Virus record (IMG/VR): IMGVR_UViG_3300044835_000040
Coordinates: 65,071-129,070 of that record
Strand: one strand, 5' to 3'
From: a virus
Length of the DNA stretch: 64,000 nucleotides
Part shown: in pieces, positions 1 through 11,141 of the stretch
Layout: each line of letters begins with the position of its first letter
How positions within the stretch are numbered: the stretch's first letter is position 1
Notes under the pieces: generated by a model
Told to the model about the DNA's origin: nothing
Seen by the model: the letters and a program-made list of their open reading frames with translations, nothing else
Databases searched by the model: none
Position numbers and translations under genes: made by a program

Positions 1-503
1 ATAGCACCGGCTGCGTAGGTCTCGCGGATCGTGACGACATCGGCGTTCGAGAGCTTGCAGGTGCGGTGTTCCTGCAGGCCGTCGCGGAGTATGCGCCAGA
101 TGGTCTTTTCGCTCAGCCCGAATCGGGCGGCGAGGGCGAGCTGCGTGACGCCACCCTGCGAGTAGGCGCGGCATACCGCAAGAGCGTCGGCCTGGGAGTA
201 GGCGGGAAGGCTCCGTCGCCCGCCAGGACTGGCGTTCGTGAGCGCGTAGCCACGGTTGCGCAGTCGGCGGATCCACCGGCACTCCGCGGTGTCGAGATCG
301 CGTACATCGACCGCGACCTGCTGGAGAATCTGGACGCGGGGCGGCCCGCCGAGGGAGCGAAGCCATCGGCAGACGAGCCGCGATCCACGGCGAGCCGTAC
401 CGAGGTGCTGACGCAGGCGCTCGTCCACACGGCCGGTCGTCTGCCCGACGTAGCGGGGCTGGCCTGTCGCGGGATCACAGAGTGCGTAGATCGAGCCGAC
501 CAC
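1..503 (-). CDS. GIY-YIG homing endonuclease with C-terminal HTH repeats (runs off the left edge; absent from the ORF track)
   Basis: Manual translation from GTG at 503: VVGSIYALCDPATGQPRYVGQTTGRVDERLRQHL...AECRWIRRLRNRGYALTNASPGG...QLALAARFGLSEKTIWRIL...KLSNADVVTIRETY; shows the GIY-YIG IY/YVG, R, E and N motifs. Confidence 0.85.
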   Translation of the reverse strand, partial: MVGSIYALCDPATGQPRYVGQTTGRVDERLRQHLGTARRGSRLVCRWLRSLGGPPRVQILQQVAVDVRDLDTAECRWIRRLRNRGYALTNASPGGRRSLPAYSQADALAVCRAYSQGGVTQLALAARFGLSEKTIWRILRDGLQEHRTCKLSNADVVTIRETYAAGA

Positions 504-533
504 GGCGTCATCGTCTCAGGCGAGGCGGCGTAG

Positions 534-3500
534 ATGGCCGCGAGCGTTGTCGGCAGTTTCGAGATCATCGACAAAGCGTCGCGGCCGATCAAAGGCATCC
601 GTGACGCGGCGATCGAGGCGGATCTCGCGGTCAAAGATCTCGGGCGGTCGCTCGACAAGGTAGGCACGCAGAAACAGCTGTCGATGATGTCGAACACGGG
701 GGAGAAGATCCGTCGTCTCGCGACCGATGCTGATCAGGCGGCGGAATCCTCCGATCACGTGGCGCGGAACCTGGAGCGCGTCGGCGCGCCGCAGCTGGCG
801 AACAACCTGAACACGACGAACCGGTCGATCGCGAACACGTCCAGTGCCGCGAAAACGGCTGAGCGTGACGTGGGCGACATGAGCGATCGGGTCGACGTGC
901 TCGGCAAACGCAGCGAGAAGGCGGCCGGTGGGCTGCGTGGTCTGAGCGCCACGCTGCCGGGGCTGAAAGCGGCGCTGGTCGCGACGCTGGTGCCGCTGGT
1001 CGGCTTCGCTGCGCAGGGCATCGGCTCGCTGCTCGCGGGCGTTACGTCGCTGCTGCCGAAGCTGACGGATCTGACGGGGATGTTCGGTCCGATGGGGGTC
1101 GCCTTCACCGGCATGGGCGTGGCGATGATCACGACGAAGCTGGCCTTCAACGATCTCGCCAAGGCGATGAACGGCAACAAGAAAGCCCTGGAAGAATTGA
1201 CGCCGCAGGGCAAGGCGTTCCTCGCGACGCTGAAGCTGTACAAGCCGGTGCTGCAGGAGATCCGCAGCTCGGCGCAGGAAGGGCTATTCCCCGGCTTGAA
1301 CGTCGCGGTCCGTCAGCTCGCGAGCGCGCAGCCGGTGCTGAGTCAGATCGTGAAGGGGATGGGCAGTACCCTCGGTGGCTTCGCTGCGAACGCGAGCAAA
1401 CAGTTCACCGGGACGGGCTTCTTGACGGACTTCCAGGCGATCACCGAAGGCGGCCAGCGGACGGTCGGGCGCTTCGGCGAAGCTCTGCTGCATCTCGCCA
1501 ACGTCGCCCGGAACTTCCTGACGGCGGCGCTGCCGTTCACGGACTGGCTGACGCACACGCTGGTCCACTTCAGCGTGCTGGCCGAACGGTCGAGCACGGC
1601 CGCGCGGGAGACGGGTCGCCTCGGCGAAATGTTCCAGCGGACGCAGAGCGCGCTGACGACCTTCGGCGGGATCCTGAAGAACGTCTTCGACATCGTGAAA
1701 GCGGTCGGGCACGCGTCTCGCTCGATGGGCGAAGGGCTGTGGGAAAGCATCGATCGGACGACGAAGAAGTGGGCTGACTTCCTGTCGGGCGGGCAGGGCC
1801 AGAATGACATGGTGAGCTACTTCACGCGGATGCAGCCGGTGCTGCACTCGGTCGGCAAATTCTTCGGGGATCTCGTCAAGGGCCTTGGCGAACTGGCAGG
1901 CGGGACCGGTGCGCAGGCGGCCTTCCGTCAGCTCGATGAAGCGATCCCGTCGCTCGTCAAAGGCATCAGCACTCTGACCGAAGCCTTCGGTCCGTCGGTG
2001 ATCTTGGCGTTCTCCGAAGCGGTGAAGCTGATCGGCACGCTGGCGTCGGACAGCGGTCCCGTCGGCGGCATGTTGCACCTGTTCGCTGGCGTGCTGCAGA
2101 CGGTGAACAGCCTGATCAAACAGATCCCGGCGCTTGGCATCTTGATGAGCACCGCGCTCGCGGCGTTTGGTACGGCGGCGATCCTCGGGCGGATCACGGG
2201 GATGGAGAACGCGGTCGGCAAACTGGCCCGCTCGTGGTTCGGCGTGACCGGCGCGGCGAACGAGGCGGCTGCGGCCGAGTCGCGCGCGGCAGGCGTCGGT
2301 GTCTCTGGTGGCGTGGCTGCAGCGCGGGGTCGTTACCCGGCGGCGCCCGCGGCCGGGTATTCGCGTGCGGCGACGGCAGCTGAGTCGGGGAGCCAGAATA
2401 GCTTCGCGGGTCTGATGATGACGGGCGCGGCGGGCGGCGCGGCGTTGAAACAGCGTGCGGGGTCGCTGATCAAGGGGCTCCCGTCGGCGGCTCTCGGCGG
2501 GCTGGCCGCGGGCGCTGAGTTCCTTGCGCCGCTGATGGTGCTGCAGGGGATCTTCGGCGCGGTCGGTGGGCAGGGCGGCGTCGGCGAACGGGCGGCGTCG
2601 GGGCTGAATGCGGGGACGTTCGGGCTCTCGGGGCTGCTGGGAGGTCCGTTCGTGCCGCACCCGGACATCGGGGGAGGAGCCGCGGCGGAACGGTCACAGG
2701 CGGCGTTCATGCGGTCGTTCGCGACGGGTCGGGGATCGTCGGTCAACCTCGGTGGCGGGATGCCGACCTTCGAGCTGGCAGGCGCGAAGCGGCCGGGCTT
2801 CAACGCAGTCACTGGCGCGTTCACCGGGCAGGGCGTGACGGGCCGGATCGCTCAGAATCAGATCTCGTCGCTACGCACGGAATCTCACGCCAACGAACAG
2901 GCGCTGCAGGGCAAGTTCGGGCATCAGAGCACGACCGAACAGGGCTTCACGCGGGGGCAGCTCTCCGCGGAGATCACGGCGCTGCACGACTACGAAGGGT
3001 ATGTGCAGTCAGCCATCGCGAAGGCGCGCACGCACGGCACCGAACTGGCTCAGGGCTTCGGCACGGCGTACAGCATCTACGAACGGAGCTATGGCCCGCA
3101 GAAGGCGTTCGCGAAGACGAGTAGCGAAGTGCTGGGCTCGATGAAGCATCTCGGCCCGCAGGGCAAACAGGCCCTCGGGGCGGGGGTGCTGAGCTGGGCG
3201 AAGGAACTGGAGGCGCGCGAACCGGCGCTGCGCAAGCCGATCGAAGCGTGGATCAAATCGGTCGAACACGGCATGGACGGCATGGGCCAGCACGTGCGGA
3301 TCGTCAACGGCGAAATCTTCTCGAACACGAACAGCAAATGGCCTGAAATCGCGAAGGCGATCGAAGGCCCGGCAGCGCACGCTGAATACGTGACGCGGGG
3401 GATCTTCTCCCGGATCTTCCAGGACGCGGTGGCGCAGCTCGAAGCCCTCGGCTACAGCAAAACGTCGGCGACGGCGCTGATCAAAGGCGTCGAGCATGGT

Positions 3501-5012
3501 GAAGTCAAGGCGAACGAAATCTCCAACGCGAACAGCCTCGCGCGCAACAACACTCTGAGTAACAACGCGACGAACCATCGTGGCGCGAAAAAACACGCTG
3601 GCGGTGGGCGCATCGGCGGGCACGGCCTGCAGGACTCGGTGCCGCTGCAGTTCGGGATGGCGGCGCCGGGGGAGCTGGTCGTCAACCGTCACCAGGAGCG
3701 GCTGGTCAACGGACTCCTGCACCGCTTCGGTACGAGCCTCGGGCAGGTCGTCTCCTCGCACCCGTGGCCGCACAACGCGGGCTTCGCCTCTGGCGGATTC
3801 GTACCGAGCATGGCCTACCCCGGCGCACAGGGCAGGATCGACCAGGGCGTCGACTACGGCGCGGCTGGTCCGGTCCGGGCGATCCTGCCGGGCACAGTCC
3901 ATTCGGTCGGCCTGTGGCCGGGCTGGCCGGGCACGGGCGGCCTGACGTACTCGACGGGTCGCGGCGGCGTGTACGTGATGGAGGACTTCGCTCCAGGGGC
4001 CGGGATGCGGCCGGGTATGCACGTCAATGCAGGGCAGGTCATCGGCGCGGCGACGGGCGGCTCGTCTGGTATCGAGACCGGTTGGACCAACTCCAGCTTC
4101 TCGGGGCCGATCGTGCGCTACGGCAGCGCAGCCGACGGTACGCCCATGTCGGGTGGCAAGAACTTCGCGCGGTTCCTCGGTGGCGGACCGGGCGGTGGCG
4201 TGGCGGGAAGCACCGCGCTCGGGGCTGGCGTGATGGCGCAGATCAAACTGGCGCGCCAGAAAGCGACGGGCGGGATCCCGTCGGCGCTCGCGACAGCGGC
4301 GTACAACTCGATCGCGCTCGGTGCGGAAAAACGGATCAACTCGAAGATCGGCGCGGCTGGCGGCACGGGGATCGGGGGGCTGCCGGGCTCGACATCGCCG
4401 GGCGGCTCGCACGCGGCGAACGAAGCGCTCGGCCGCCAGATGATGCTCGCAGCGGGCTGGCCCGCGTCGCAGTGGCCGTCGCTGCAGAAACTGTGGACGC
4501 AGGAGTCGGGCTGGGACGCGAACAGCGTCAACTCCAGCTCGGGCGCGTACGGGATCCCGCAGTCGCTCGGGCACGGCAACCCGTTCCCGCTCGGTGTCGC
4601 TGGCCCGCAGATCCAGTGGGGTCTGAACTACATCAAGGAACGCTACGGCTCACCGTCGGGGGCGTGGGCGCATGAGGTCTCGAACAACTGGTACGGCGCG
4701 GGCGGGCGGATCCCGTCGTGGGGCGGCTGGAACAAGATGGGCGGCTCGGGCGTCTTCAACAAACCGACGCTGATCGGCGTCGGGGACGGTCACGGCGCGG
4801 AGAAAGTCTCGATCACGCCGCACACGCAGGCCGCTGGCCGCGGCGGGCGCGGCGGGACGGGCGGCGTGCAGGTGGTGTTCCAGCCGGGGTCGATCATCGT
4901 GCAGGGTGCTGATGAGAAAGCGGCGCAGGAACTGGTCGACAAGGTGATGCACAAGCTGGCCGGTGAGCTGGAGAACATGGACATGGAGTCGGAAGGATCG
5001 ATTAGCCAATGA
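534..5012 (+). CDS. tail tape measure protein with C-terminal M23-like and lytic transglycosylase domains
   Basis: 1492 aa, Ala/Gly-rich and helical; IDQGVDY M23-like segment; LWTQESGW...GAYGIPQ...NYIKERYG SLT motif; lies ahead of baseplate genes. Confidence 0.93.
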   Translation: MAASVVGSFEIIDKASRPIKGIRDAAIEADLAVKDLGRSLDKVGTQKQLSMMSNTGEKIRRLATDADQAAESSDHVARNLERVGAPQLANNLNTTNRSIANTSSAAKTAERDVGDMSDRVDVLGKRSEKAAGGLRGLSATLPGLKAALVATLVPLVGFAAQGIGSLLAGVTSLLPKLTDLTGMFGPMGVAFTGMGVAMITTKLAFNDLAKAMNGNKKALEELTPQGKAFLATLKLYKPVLQEIRSSAQEGLFPGLNVAVRQLASAQPVLSQIVKGMGSTLGGFAANASKQFTGTGFLTDFQAITEGGQRTVGRFGEALLHLANVARNFLTAALPFTDWLTHTLVHFSVLAERSSTAARETGRLGEMFQRTQSALTTFGGILKNVFDIVKAVGHASRSMGEGLWESIDRTTKKWADFLSGGQGQNDMVSYFTRMQPVLHSVGKFFGDLVKGLGELAGGTGAQAAFRQLDEAIPSLVKGISTLTEAFGPSVILAFSEAVKLIGTLASDSGPVGGMLHLFAGVLQTVNSLIKQIPALGILMSTALAAFGTAAILGRITGMENAVGKLARSWFGVTGAANEAAAAESRAAGVGVSGGVAAARGRYPAAPAAGYSRAATAAESGSQNSFAGLMMTGAAGGAALKQRAGSLIKGLPSAALGGLAAGAEFLAPLMVLQGIFGAVGGQGGVGERAASGLNAGTFGLSGLLGGPFVPHPDIGGGAAAERSQAAFMRSFATGRGSSVNLGGGMPTFELAGAKRPGFNAVTGAFTGQGVTGRIAQNQISSLRTESHANEQALQGKFGHQSTTEQGFTRGQLSAEITALHDYEGYVQSAIAKARTHGTELAQGFGTAYSIYERSYGPQKAFAKTSSEVLGSMKHLGPQGKQALGAGVLSWAKELEAREPALRKPIEAWIKSVEHGMDGMGQHVRIVNGEIFSNTNSKWPEIAKAIEGPAAHAEYVTRGIFSRIFQDAVAQLEALGYSKTSATALIKGVEHGEVKANEISNANSLARNNTLSNNATNHRGAKKHAGGGRIGGHGLQDSVPLQFGMAAPGELVVNRHQERLVNGLLHRFGTSLGQVVSSHPWPHNAGFASGGFVPSMAYPGAQGRIDQGVDYGAAGPVRAILPGTVHSVGLWPGWPGTGGLTYSTGRGGVYVMEDFAPGAGMRPGMHVNAGQVIGAATGGSSGIETGWTNSSFSGPIVRYGSAADGTPMSGGKNFARFLGGGPGGGVAGSTALGAGVMAQIKLARQKATGGIPSALATAAYNSIALGAEKRINSKIGAAGGTGIGGLPGSTSPGGSHAANEALGRQMMLAAGWPASQWPSLQKLWTQESGWDANSVNSSSGAYGIPQSLGHGNPFPLGVAGPQIQWGLNYIKERYGSPSGAWAHEVSNNWYGAGGRIPSWGGWNKMGGSGVFNKPTLIGVGDGHGAEKVSITPHTQAAGRGGRGGTGGVQVVFQPGSIIVQGADEKAAQELVDKVMHKLAGELENMDMESEGSISQ

Positions 5013-5893
5013 CGATTACCGTTGGACCAGGGCATCCATCTTCGGGCGGCGCTGTGGGCGCTGACACTCGTGCGTCGCAGGCGTCGGCGGTCGCGAAGCC
5101 GACGACGATCTTCAAGCGCTCGGACACGCCGTTCCTGGGCGGCGGCACCGAAGTGATGATCTCGCTGGAGCCGGGCTACACGAAGTCGGGCTGGCTGGGC
5201 GTGCCGTTCCGCTTTCAGTTCCCGCCGCTCGACAAATGGGACAAGACCCGCTCCGCGAGCTGGCCGGGCTTCATGGTGGTCGGCGGTGCGAAGGGTCCTC
5301 GCGAACGAGCGCGCCACGAAGGCCCGAAGCTGCAGACGGTCACGTTCAAGGCGATGTTCTTGAACTGGGAGCCGGGCTTCGAGGTGTGGGCGCCTGACGA
5401 ACTGGAGCCGCAGCTGGCGGCCGCGGAACTGGAAGCTCTGTGCCAGGAAGGCGTGAAGTTCCGGCTGCGGATTCGCAACGCCGAACTGTACGACTACGAC
5501 GACGTGAACATGATCGCGGTGATCACGCAGGCGGACGTGAGCGAGGAAGCGGGCGAGCCAGACACTCGCTACATGCAGCTCGCCTTCCAGGAATGGGAGC
5601 CGTCGGCGCAGGAATCGAAGTCGGTGAAGCAGGCGCTCGGGCCGTGGACGTTCAAGCCGGTGAAGGGCGGCAGCGAGAACCTGTACGGGCTGAGCAAGAA
5701 GTACTACAAAACGACGGCGCTGTGGCGGCTGATCGTTGCTGCGAACCCGTCGCTGAAGAACGTGCCGCCGTCGTCGACGGCGCTGTACAACTCGACGGGG
5801 GGGCACTCGATCAAGATCCCGCCGAAGCCGACGCCGGGCGACACGACGGGTGCTGCTGCCGGTGAACCGCAGACGACGGTGATCACTCTCTGA
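5009..5893 (+). CDS. tail tube initiator / XkdP-like LysM protein
   Basis: C-terminal LysM-like ENLYGLSKKYYKTTALWRLIVAANP; follows tape measure. Confidence 0.75.
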   Translation: MTITVGPGHPSSGGAVGADTRASQASAVAKPTTIFKRSDTPFLGGGTEVMISLEPGYTKSGWLGVPFRFQFPPLDKWDKTRSASWPGFMVVGGAKGPRERARHEGPKLQTVTFKAMFLNWEPGFEVWAPDELEPQLAAAELEALCQEGVKFRLRIRNAELYDYDDVNMIAVITQADVSEEAGEPDTRYMQLAFQEWEPSAQESKSVKQALGPWTFKPVKGGSENLYGLSKKYYKTTALWRLIVAANPSLKNVPPSSTALYNSTGGHSIKIPPKPTPGDTTGAAAGEPQTTVITL

Positions 5894-7146
5894 TGGCGTC
5901 CGCGCAGGCCACTCGCCGCTCTGAGCCGCCGCCCGTGACGAAGCCGGGCGCGGCGCCGCTGATCATGGGCGATGAGCGCTTCTCGGTCGGGCTGAAACCG
6001 CTGAAGGCGGGTCCGCTGACGGGGATCGACGACTCGGTGACGGACTTCTCCTGGGAAGACCAGAACGCTGAAATGACCGGCAGTCTCGCGATCACGGATC
6101 CGACGGGCTCGCTGCGTGTAATACAGGGCCAGCAGATTGTCTGCTCGTGGACGCCGACGCCGGGTGGAGCGATGGACGAACTGTGGACGCTGCGCGCTGA
6201 CTCACCGGAAATCGGCCGTCAGCAGCAGACGCTCTCGATCGCGTTGCTGAGTGGTCTCGCGCAGGCGAACAAGGGCACCGACAACTACAGCTTCAAGAAG
6301 GGCAAGCGCAAGCCGCACGGCTGGACATGCGATGAAATCGGTCGGGAGGTCGAGAAGCGGACGCACATCCCGATCGGCAAGCTCGCGAAGGGCAGCCACC
6401 GGATCGTCAACCTCGTGAAGCACGCGGCGAAACCGCTGGATGTGATCGTCGCCGCGTATCAGGCTGAGCGTCGCGCGACCGGGCGCCTGTTCTTCGTCTA
6501 CTGGGACGGCAAGCTGAACATCGTGCCGTTGTCCCCGTCGGGGCAGCTATTGCGGTTCGCTGGGGAGATCATCGACGCGAACCTGAAGGAGGCGATGCGC
6601 GCGGACTTCGCGACAGCGATCACTGTGCGCGCGACGACGAAGGGCAAGGAACGGGTCAACAAAGCGGGCCACAAAGTGAAAGTGGCTCGGTCGAGCAAGA
6701 AGATCCACGTGACGGTGCAGAGCGCCGCTGGGATCCGCCAGTACGGCTACGTGCACCGCGAAGTCAAAGCGCCCGACGTGCAGACGGTGGCGCAGGCGAG
6801 GGCCTACGGGCTGAAGCAGCTGGCGAAGGTCGTCAATCCTGAACGGACATTCACGGTGACGGTGCCGATCATGCCGACGTTGCGCCGCGGGATGGCTTTC
6901 AACGTCAACTGGGAGTCGCAGGGCCTGACGCAGACTTGCTATGTCGCTGGCCTGTCGCATTCGGTGGCGCCGTCGAGCGCGACGACGGCGGTCACGGCGA
7001 CGTTCACGAACCCGTTCAAGGACTCCAAAGCTGCGGCGGACGCGAAGGCACGGGCGACGACAGCGAAGGCGCGCGGCCGGACGGGCGGCACCGAAGCGCC
7101 CGCGACGACCGGCGGTAGCAGCGCTCAGGCGCAGAGGAGGTACTGA
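5893..7146 (+). CDS. baseplate hub protein (XkdQ/gp27-like)
   Basis: Size, synteny and AGIRQYGYVHREV motif typical of XkdQ-like hubs. Confidence 0.7.
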   Translation: MASAQATRRSEPPPVTKPGAAPLIMGDERFSVGLKPLKAGPLTGIDDSVTDFSWEDQNAEMTGSLAITDPTGSLRVIQGQQIVCSWTPTPGGAMDELWTLRADSPEIGRQQQTLSIALLSGLAQANKGTDNYSFKKGKRKPHGWTCDEIGREVEKRTHIPIGKLAKGSHRIVNLVKHAAKPLDVIVAAYQAERRATGRLFFVYWDGKLNIVPLSPSGQLLRFAGEIIDANLKEAMRADFATAITVRATTKGKERVNKAGHKVKVARSSKKIHVTVQSAAGIRQYGYVHREVKAPDVQTVAQARAYGLKQLAKVVNPERTFTVTVPIMPTLRRGMAFNVNWESQGLTQTCYVAGLSHSVAPSSATTAVTATFTNPFKDSKAAADAKARATTAKARGRTGGTEAPATTGGSSAQAQRRY

Positions 7147-7802
7147 TGGGGCAGGAGGTCTTCAGTCGGGTGCTGGTCTCGAATGTGCAGCCGACGCGGC
7201 TGCTCGTCGGCAACGAGGATCGGAAGGTCGACATCGTGGTGCTGAACACGAGCGCGTCGATCGTCGAAATCTTCGATCGTGCGCACGCCGCGGCGGGGGA
7301 AGGGTTCCCGCTGGCGCCCGGCGGCGAATATCGCGCGACGGCGAAGGGGTCGCTGAAGCTGTGGGGCCTGTCGCTCGGCTCGAACGAAGTCGTCGTGGCC
7401 GTCAGCCGCACTGTGGTGGAACGCGTCGCGATTGTCTGGGAATTCAAGGGGCCTGTGGAAGACATGATCATCGCGCGGTTGCCGTTTCCCGAAGCGCAGG
7501 ATCAGCTCCGCGGCGCAGTGGAGTCGAAGTCCCGGACGCTCGCGAGCTGCGAATGGCATGGCGCGAACAGCAACCTCGGCGACCCGGAGCGCACGTCCTT
7601 CGCGATGGTCAACGAGAATGGTCCGCTGACGGGGCTTGTCGGCGAGCGGATCGCGGTGAGCTTCGGTGCGCGGCAGGTCTTCGCGTACGTGCATCGCAGT
7701 GCAGCGCTGGACAGTGACCTGAGCGTGACGCGGCGTCTGTTCATGGCGCTCGCGCCGCTCTCGACTACCAGCTTGGATGTGACCGTCGGCGTGGTGCTGT
7801 AG
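7146..7802 (+). CDS. hypothetical tail-module protein
   Basis: Coupled ORF inside the baseplate operon. Confidence 0.6.
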   Translation: MGQEVFSRVLVSNVQPTRLLVGNEDRKVDIVVLNTSASIVEIFDRAHAAAGEGFPLAPGGEYRATAKGSLKLWGLSLGSNEVVVAVSRTVVERVAIVWEFKGPVEDMIIARLPFPEAQDQLRGAVESKSRTLASCEWHGANSNLGDPERTSFAMVNENGPLTGLVGERIAVSFGARQVFAYVHRSAALDSDLSVTRRLFMALAPLSTTSLDVTVGVVL

Positions 7803-9785
7803 ATGCCGGGCGGGGGCGAACGGCTGAAAGACGCGGTGCGTAGCACGCTGGAGCGGTCCGCGAGGTATCACGCGGAGGGCCGCAGCTTCATCGCTGACAT
7901 CCTCGCGCCGGGTCCTCCGGTGCTCGCCGAGATCCATGAGAGCAACATCGAACTGGAGGAGGGCGAGAACCTGCATCTGTCGCAGGCGGTCCGCCAGTAC
8001 GACGCGGACTATGGCCTGGAAGCCGACGACAACCTGCTCGTGGTCCACGTCGGTGAAGGCAACTTCCATGCGGATGCGGTGCTGAGCGACAACGATGTGG
8101 CGCCCCATGCCAAAGTCGGCGAAGCGGGCGGTGGCGCGACCGGCCCAGCGGGAGCGACGGGCGCGGCGGGCGCGACGGGCGCCGCAGGTGCGCCAGGCGG
8201 CGTAGGGGCCACCGGTCCGCAGGGTACGGAAGGGGCACAAGGCGCGACAGGTCCGGCTGGTGGAGCTGGCGCCACGGGAGTCAAAGGGGCGACAGGCACC
8301 GCGGGCGCGGCGGGTGCTACGGGTGCTCAGGGGGCATCGGGCGCGGCTGGTGGCGCCGGACCAACGGGGCCAACGGGTGCGACAGGACCAGTAGGCGCCA
8401 CGGGTGCGGGGACGACAGGCGCGACGGGCTCGGCAGGCCCTGCTGGCGCCACGGGGCCAGCAGGAGCGACGGGAGCTGGCACGACGGGCGCGACTGGGCC
8501 GACGGGCGCCACCGGCACGGTCGGTGCGACTGGTGCTGGCGCGGCGGGTGCCACTGGGTCGACCGGCGCGACAGGTGTCGGTGCGACTGGTGCCACGGGT
8601 CCGTCGGGGATCACGGAAGCCCTCCCGGCGGCGGGTGTGCCGTCGCTACAGCCGCAGCTACTCGCGTCGACGGTGCTGGGCGAGAACTTCCCTCTGTACC
8701 GGACGAACGGGAACACCGAACTGGCTCTGACGAGCGGGCAGGCGGTGATCGTGCCGGGGCCGACGATTCAGGCAGGGAAGACCGTCTCCTCGGTCTCGCT
8801 GGTGCAGGCCGTGAAACCGACGACGCAAACACACGCGTGGGTCGCGATCCTGACGTTGACCGGCGAAGTGCTGGCAGTAAGCGCGGATGCAACCTCGACT
8901 CCGTGGACATCGACAGCGAACGCGGAGGCCAAGGTCGCGCTCGCTGCGAGCTGGACGCCTTCGGCCGAGACGGCGACGCTGGTGGCGATCATGTCGGCGG
9001 CGACGACCCCGCCGAAACTGCTCGGCGTCTCAGCGGCTGGCGTCGCCGCCGCGGCGTTCTCGCCGATCTACGCGGGGAACAGCCCGACGACCGGCTCGAC
9101 GACGCCGCCTGCGGTCGGCGCGTCGATCGTGCTGCCGACAGCGGCGGGAACGGTCGTGCCGTATATCCGATTCAACTCGGAAGTCTTGGCTGCCCCGACC
9201 TACCGCGGTGAAGCGCTCGCGAACGCGACGGCAGTCACGTCGCTGACGGCTCCGACGCCGTTCGCGGGCACGACATCGACGGACATGCTGGTGATGGACG
9301 TGACGATCGAAGTGACGAGCGGGTCGCCGCCGACGGTGACCACGCCGTCGGGCTGGACCCTCGTCAATACGCGGCAGGCCGTCGGGGTGTTCGCTCGCTA
9401 CACGTTCTGGAGGATCTACGAAGGCGCTGCGATGCCGAAAGTCGAAGCGAGCGCGTCCTGCGAAATCACGATCCGGCTGCACTCGATCGCGGGCGCCAAA
9501 ACGGTCAACGCGCACAAAGGCTACGAAGAACTTACGCCTACGTCGAGCGTCGTCACGGTCCCGTCGATCACCACGACCGTCGAAAACACACTGCTGCTGA
9601 TGATGGTCGGCAATAACTTCGGCTTCTCGTGGACGACCCCGGCGGGTTGGGCTTCGCAGAACACGTCAGCGGAGATGCACCTGTTCTCGAAGACGCAGGC
9701 GACGGCGGGCGCGGTCGGCACCACGGCGGTCAAAGAGGCTGCGACCGCGCAGGTGGCTGCCGCGATCATGGCCGTCGCTCCGTGA
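7803..9785 (+). CDS. spike/fibre protein with Gly-X-Thr collagen-like repeat
   Basis: N-terminal XkdR/spike-like region, about 50 GXX triplets rich in GAT, beta-rich C-terminal domains. Confidence 0.8.
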   Translation: MPGGGERLKDAVRSTLERSARYHAEGRSFIADILAPGPPVLAEIHESNIELEEGENLHLSQAVRQYDADYGLEADDNLLVVHVGEGNFHADAVLSDNDVAPHAKVGEAGGGATGPAGATGAAGATGAAGAPGGVGATGPQGTEGAQGATGPAGGAGATGVKGATGTAGAAGATGAQGASGAAGGAGPTGPTGATGPVGATGAGTTGATGSAGPAGATGPAGATGAGTTGATGPTGATGTVGATGAGAAGATGSTGATGVGATGATGPSGITEALPAAGVPSLQPQLLASTVLGENFPLYRTNGNTELALTSGQAVIVPGPTIQAGKTVSSVSLVQAVKPTTQTHAWVAILTLTGEVLAVSADATSTPWTSTANAEAKVALAASWTPSAETATLVAIMSAATTPPKLLGVSAAGVAAAAFSPIYAGNSPTTGSTTPPAVGASIVLPTAAGTVVPYIRFNSEVLAAPTYRGEALANATAVTSLTAPTPFAGTTSTDMLVMDVTIEVTSGSPPTVTTPSGWTLVNTRQAVGVFARYTFWRIYEGAAMPKVEASASCEITIRLHSIAGAKTVNAHKGYEELTPTSSVVTVPSITTTVENTLLLMMVGNNFGFSWTTPAGWASQNTSAEMHLFSKTQATAGAVGTTAVKEAATAQVAAAIMAVAP

Positions 9786-9807
9786 TCTGTCGGGGCCGGG
9801 ACGTAGG

Positions 9808-10092
9808 TTGACGGACGTGAAGCGAGGTCCGTACCGCAAACGTCCCGTCGCCGCCCGGTTCTGGAGCAAGGTCGACAGCTCTGGCGGCCCGGACGCCTGC
9901 TGGCCCTGGACGGCCCGCGTCGCTGAGATAGCTGCGAGGCAGCGAGGGAAGACGCACTGCCCGCGCGGGCACGCCTACGACGCGGAGAACACCTATGCCC
10001 CCCCGTCGCGCCCGACGGCCCGCTACTGCCGCCGCTGTGCGCGGGCGCGTAGGCGGCGACGGAAGGAGGAGGCGTCGTGCGCTTCCAGGTAG
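9808..10092 (+). pseudogene. internally deleted HNH homing endonuclease
   Basis: RFWSKVD...CWPWT N-terminus joined directly to the KTHCPRGH...RYCRRC zinc tail; HNH core missing (compare 22208-22660). Confidence 0.7.
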
Positions 10093-11141
10093 TCGGATTG
10101 CCCCACACTGCGTGCTTGGACGAGTTCTCGTGGTGCGCCTACACCATGAAGGTAAAACGCTTTGCGACGATGATGACCGAGCGCGGGCACACGGTCTATC
10201 TCTACACGGCGCCGGAAAGCGATGCTGTCTGCCACGAGATCATCGGGGTGACGCCGCAGCCACCGGACGCTCGGGTGACCGAGCCGGAGTGGACTCAGCA
10301 CTACTGGCGGATTATGAACGGCCGGACGATCGCGGAGATGAGCGAGCGGATTGAGGAACGGGACATCATCTGCCTGATCGGCGGGCTGTGCCAGCAGCCG
10401 ATCGCCGGGGCGTTCCCGTCGCATCAGTGCTGCGAGTTCGGCATCGGCTACTCGGGCACGTTCGCGCCTTACCGGGTGTTCGAGAGCTACGCGTGGATGC
10501 ACGCTGTGTACGGCGAGCAGCAGCAGGCGATGGCCGCCAACGGGATGTTCTACGACGCGGTGATCCCGAACTACTTCGACGTGGAGCAGTTTCCGCTCGG
10601 CGCGGGCGACGGCGGCTACCTGCTGTTCGTGGGTCGCATGATCCAACGCAAGGGGCTGGATGTCGCTGTCGAAGTCGCGAAGCGCACGGGCCTGCCGTTG
10701 AAGCTGGCCGGGCAGGGCGAGCCACCGGAGTACGGCGAGCATGTCGGCGTCGTCGGTCCGCGGGAGCGCGCGGAGCTGATGGGCGGCGCGGTGGCGTTGC
10801 TCGCGCCGACGCTGTACGTCGAGCCGTTCGGGGGTGTGGCGGTCGAGGCGCAGCTGTGCGGCACGCCGGTCCTGTCGACCGACTGGGGCGCGTTCACCGA
10901 GACGGTGCTGCCGGGCGTCTCGGGCTATAGGCCGAGCACGCTGGCCGAATGGGCTGATGCTGTCGAGCGGGTGCCGCATCTCGACCGTCGTGAGATCCGT
11001 GAGCGCGCGATCGGTCTCTACAGCACGGAGGTCGTCTCGGGGATGTATGAGGCGTACTTCGAGCGGCTGCAGGGTCTGTGGGGCGTTGGCTGGCCCGCTG
11101 AGAAGGGCGAGCTGGACGAGCTGCTGGCCGCAGTCCGCTAG
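10077..11141 (+). CDS. GT4 / GT-B glycosyltransferase
   Basis: LLFVGRMIQRKG and EPFGGVAVEAQLCGTPVLSTDWGAFTE (E-x7-E) motifs. Confidence 0.93.
   Translation: MRFQVVGLPHTACLDEFSWCAYTMKVKRFATMMTERGHTVYLYTAPESDAVCHEIIGVTPQPPDARVTEPEWTQHYWRIMNGRTIAEMSERIEERDIICLIGGLCQQPIAGAFPSHQCCEFGIGYSGTFAPYRVFESYAWMHAVYGEQQQAMAANGMFYDAVIPNYFDVEQFPLGAGDGGYLLFVGRMIQRKGLDVAVEVAKRTGLPLKLAGQGEPPEYGEHVGVVGPRERAELMGGAVALLAPTLYVEPFGGVAVEAQLCGTPVLSTDWGAFTETVLPGVSGYRPSTLAEWADAVERVPHLDRREIRERAIGLYSTEVVSGMYEAYFERLQGLWGVGWPAEKGELDELLAAVR

Noticed and set aside
66-533. + strand 155-aa ORF as a tail assembly chaperone
   Set aside because: It is the shadow of a clear minus-strand GIY-YIG gene
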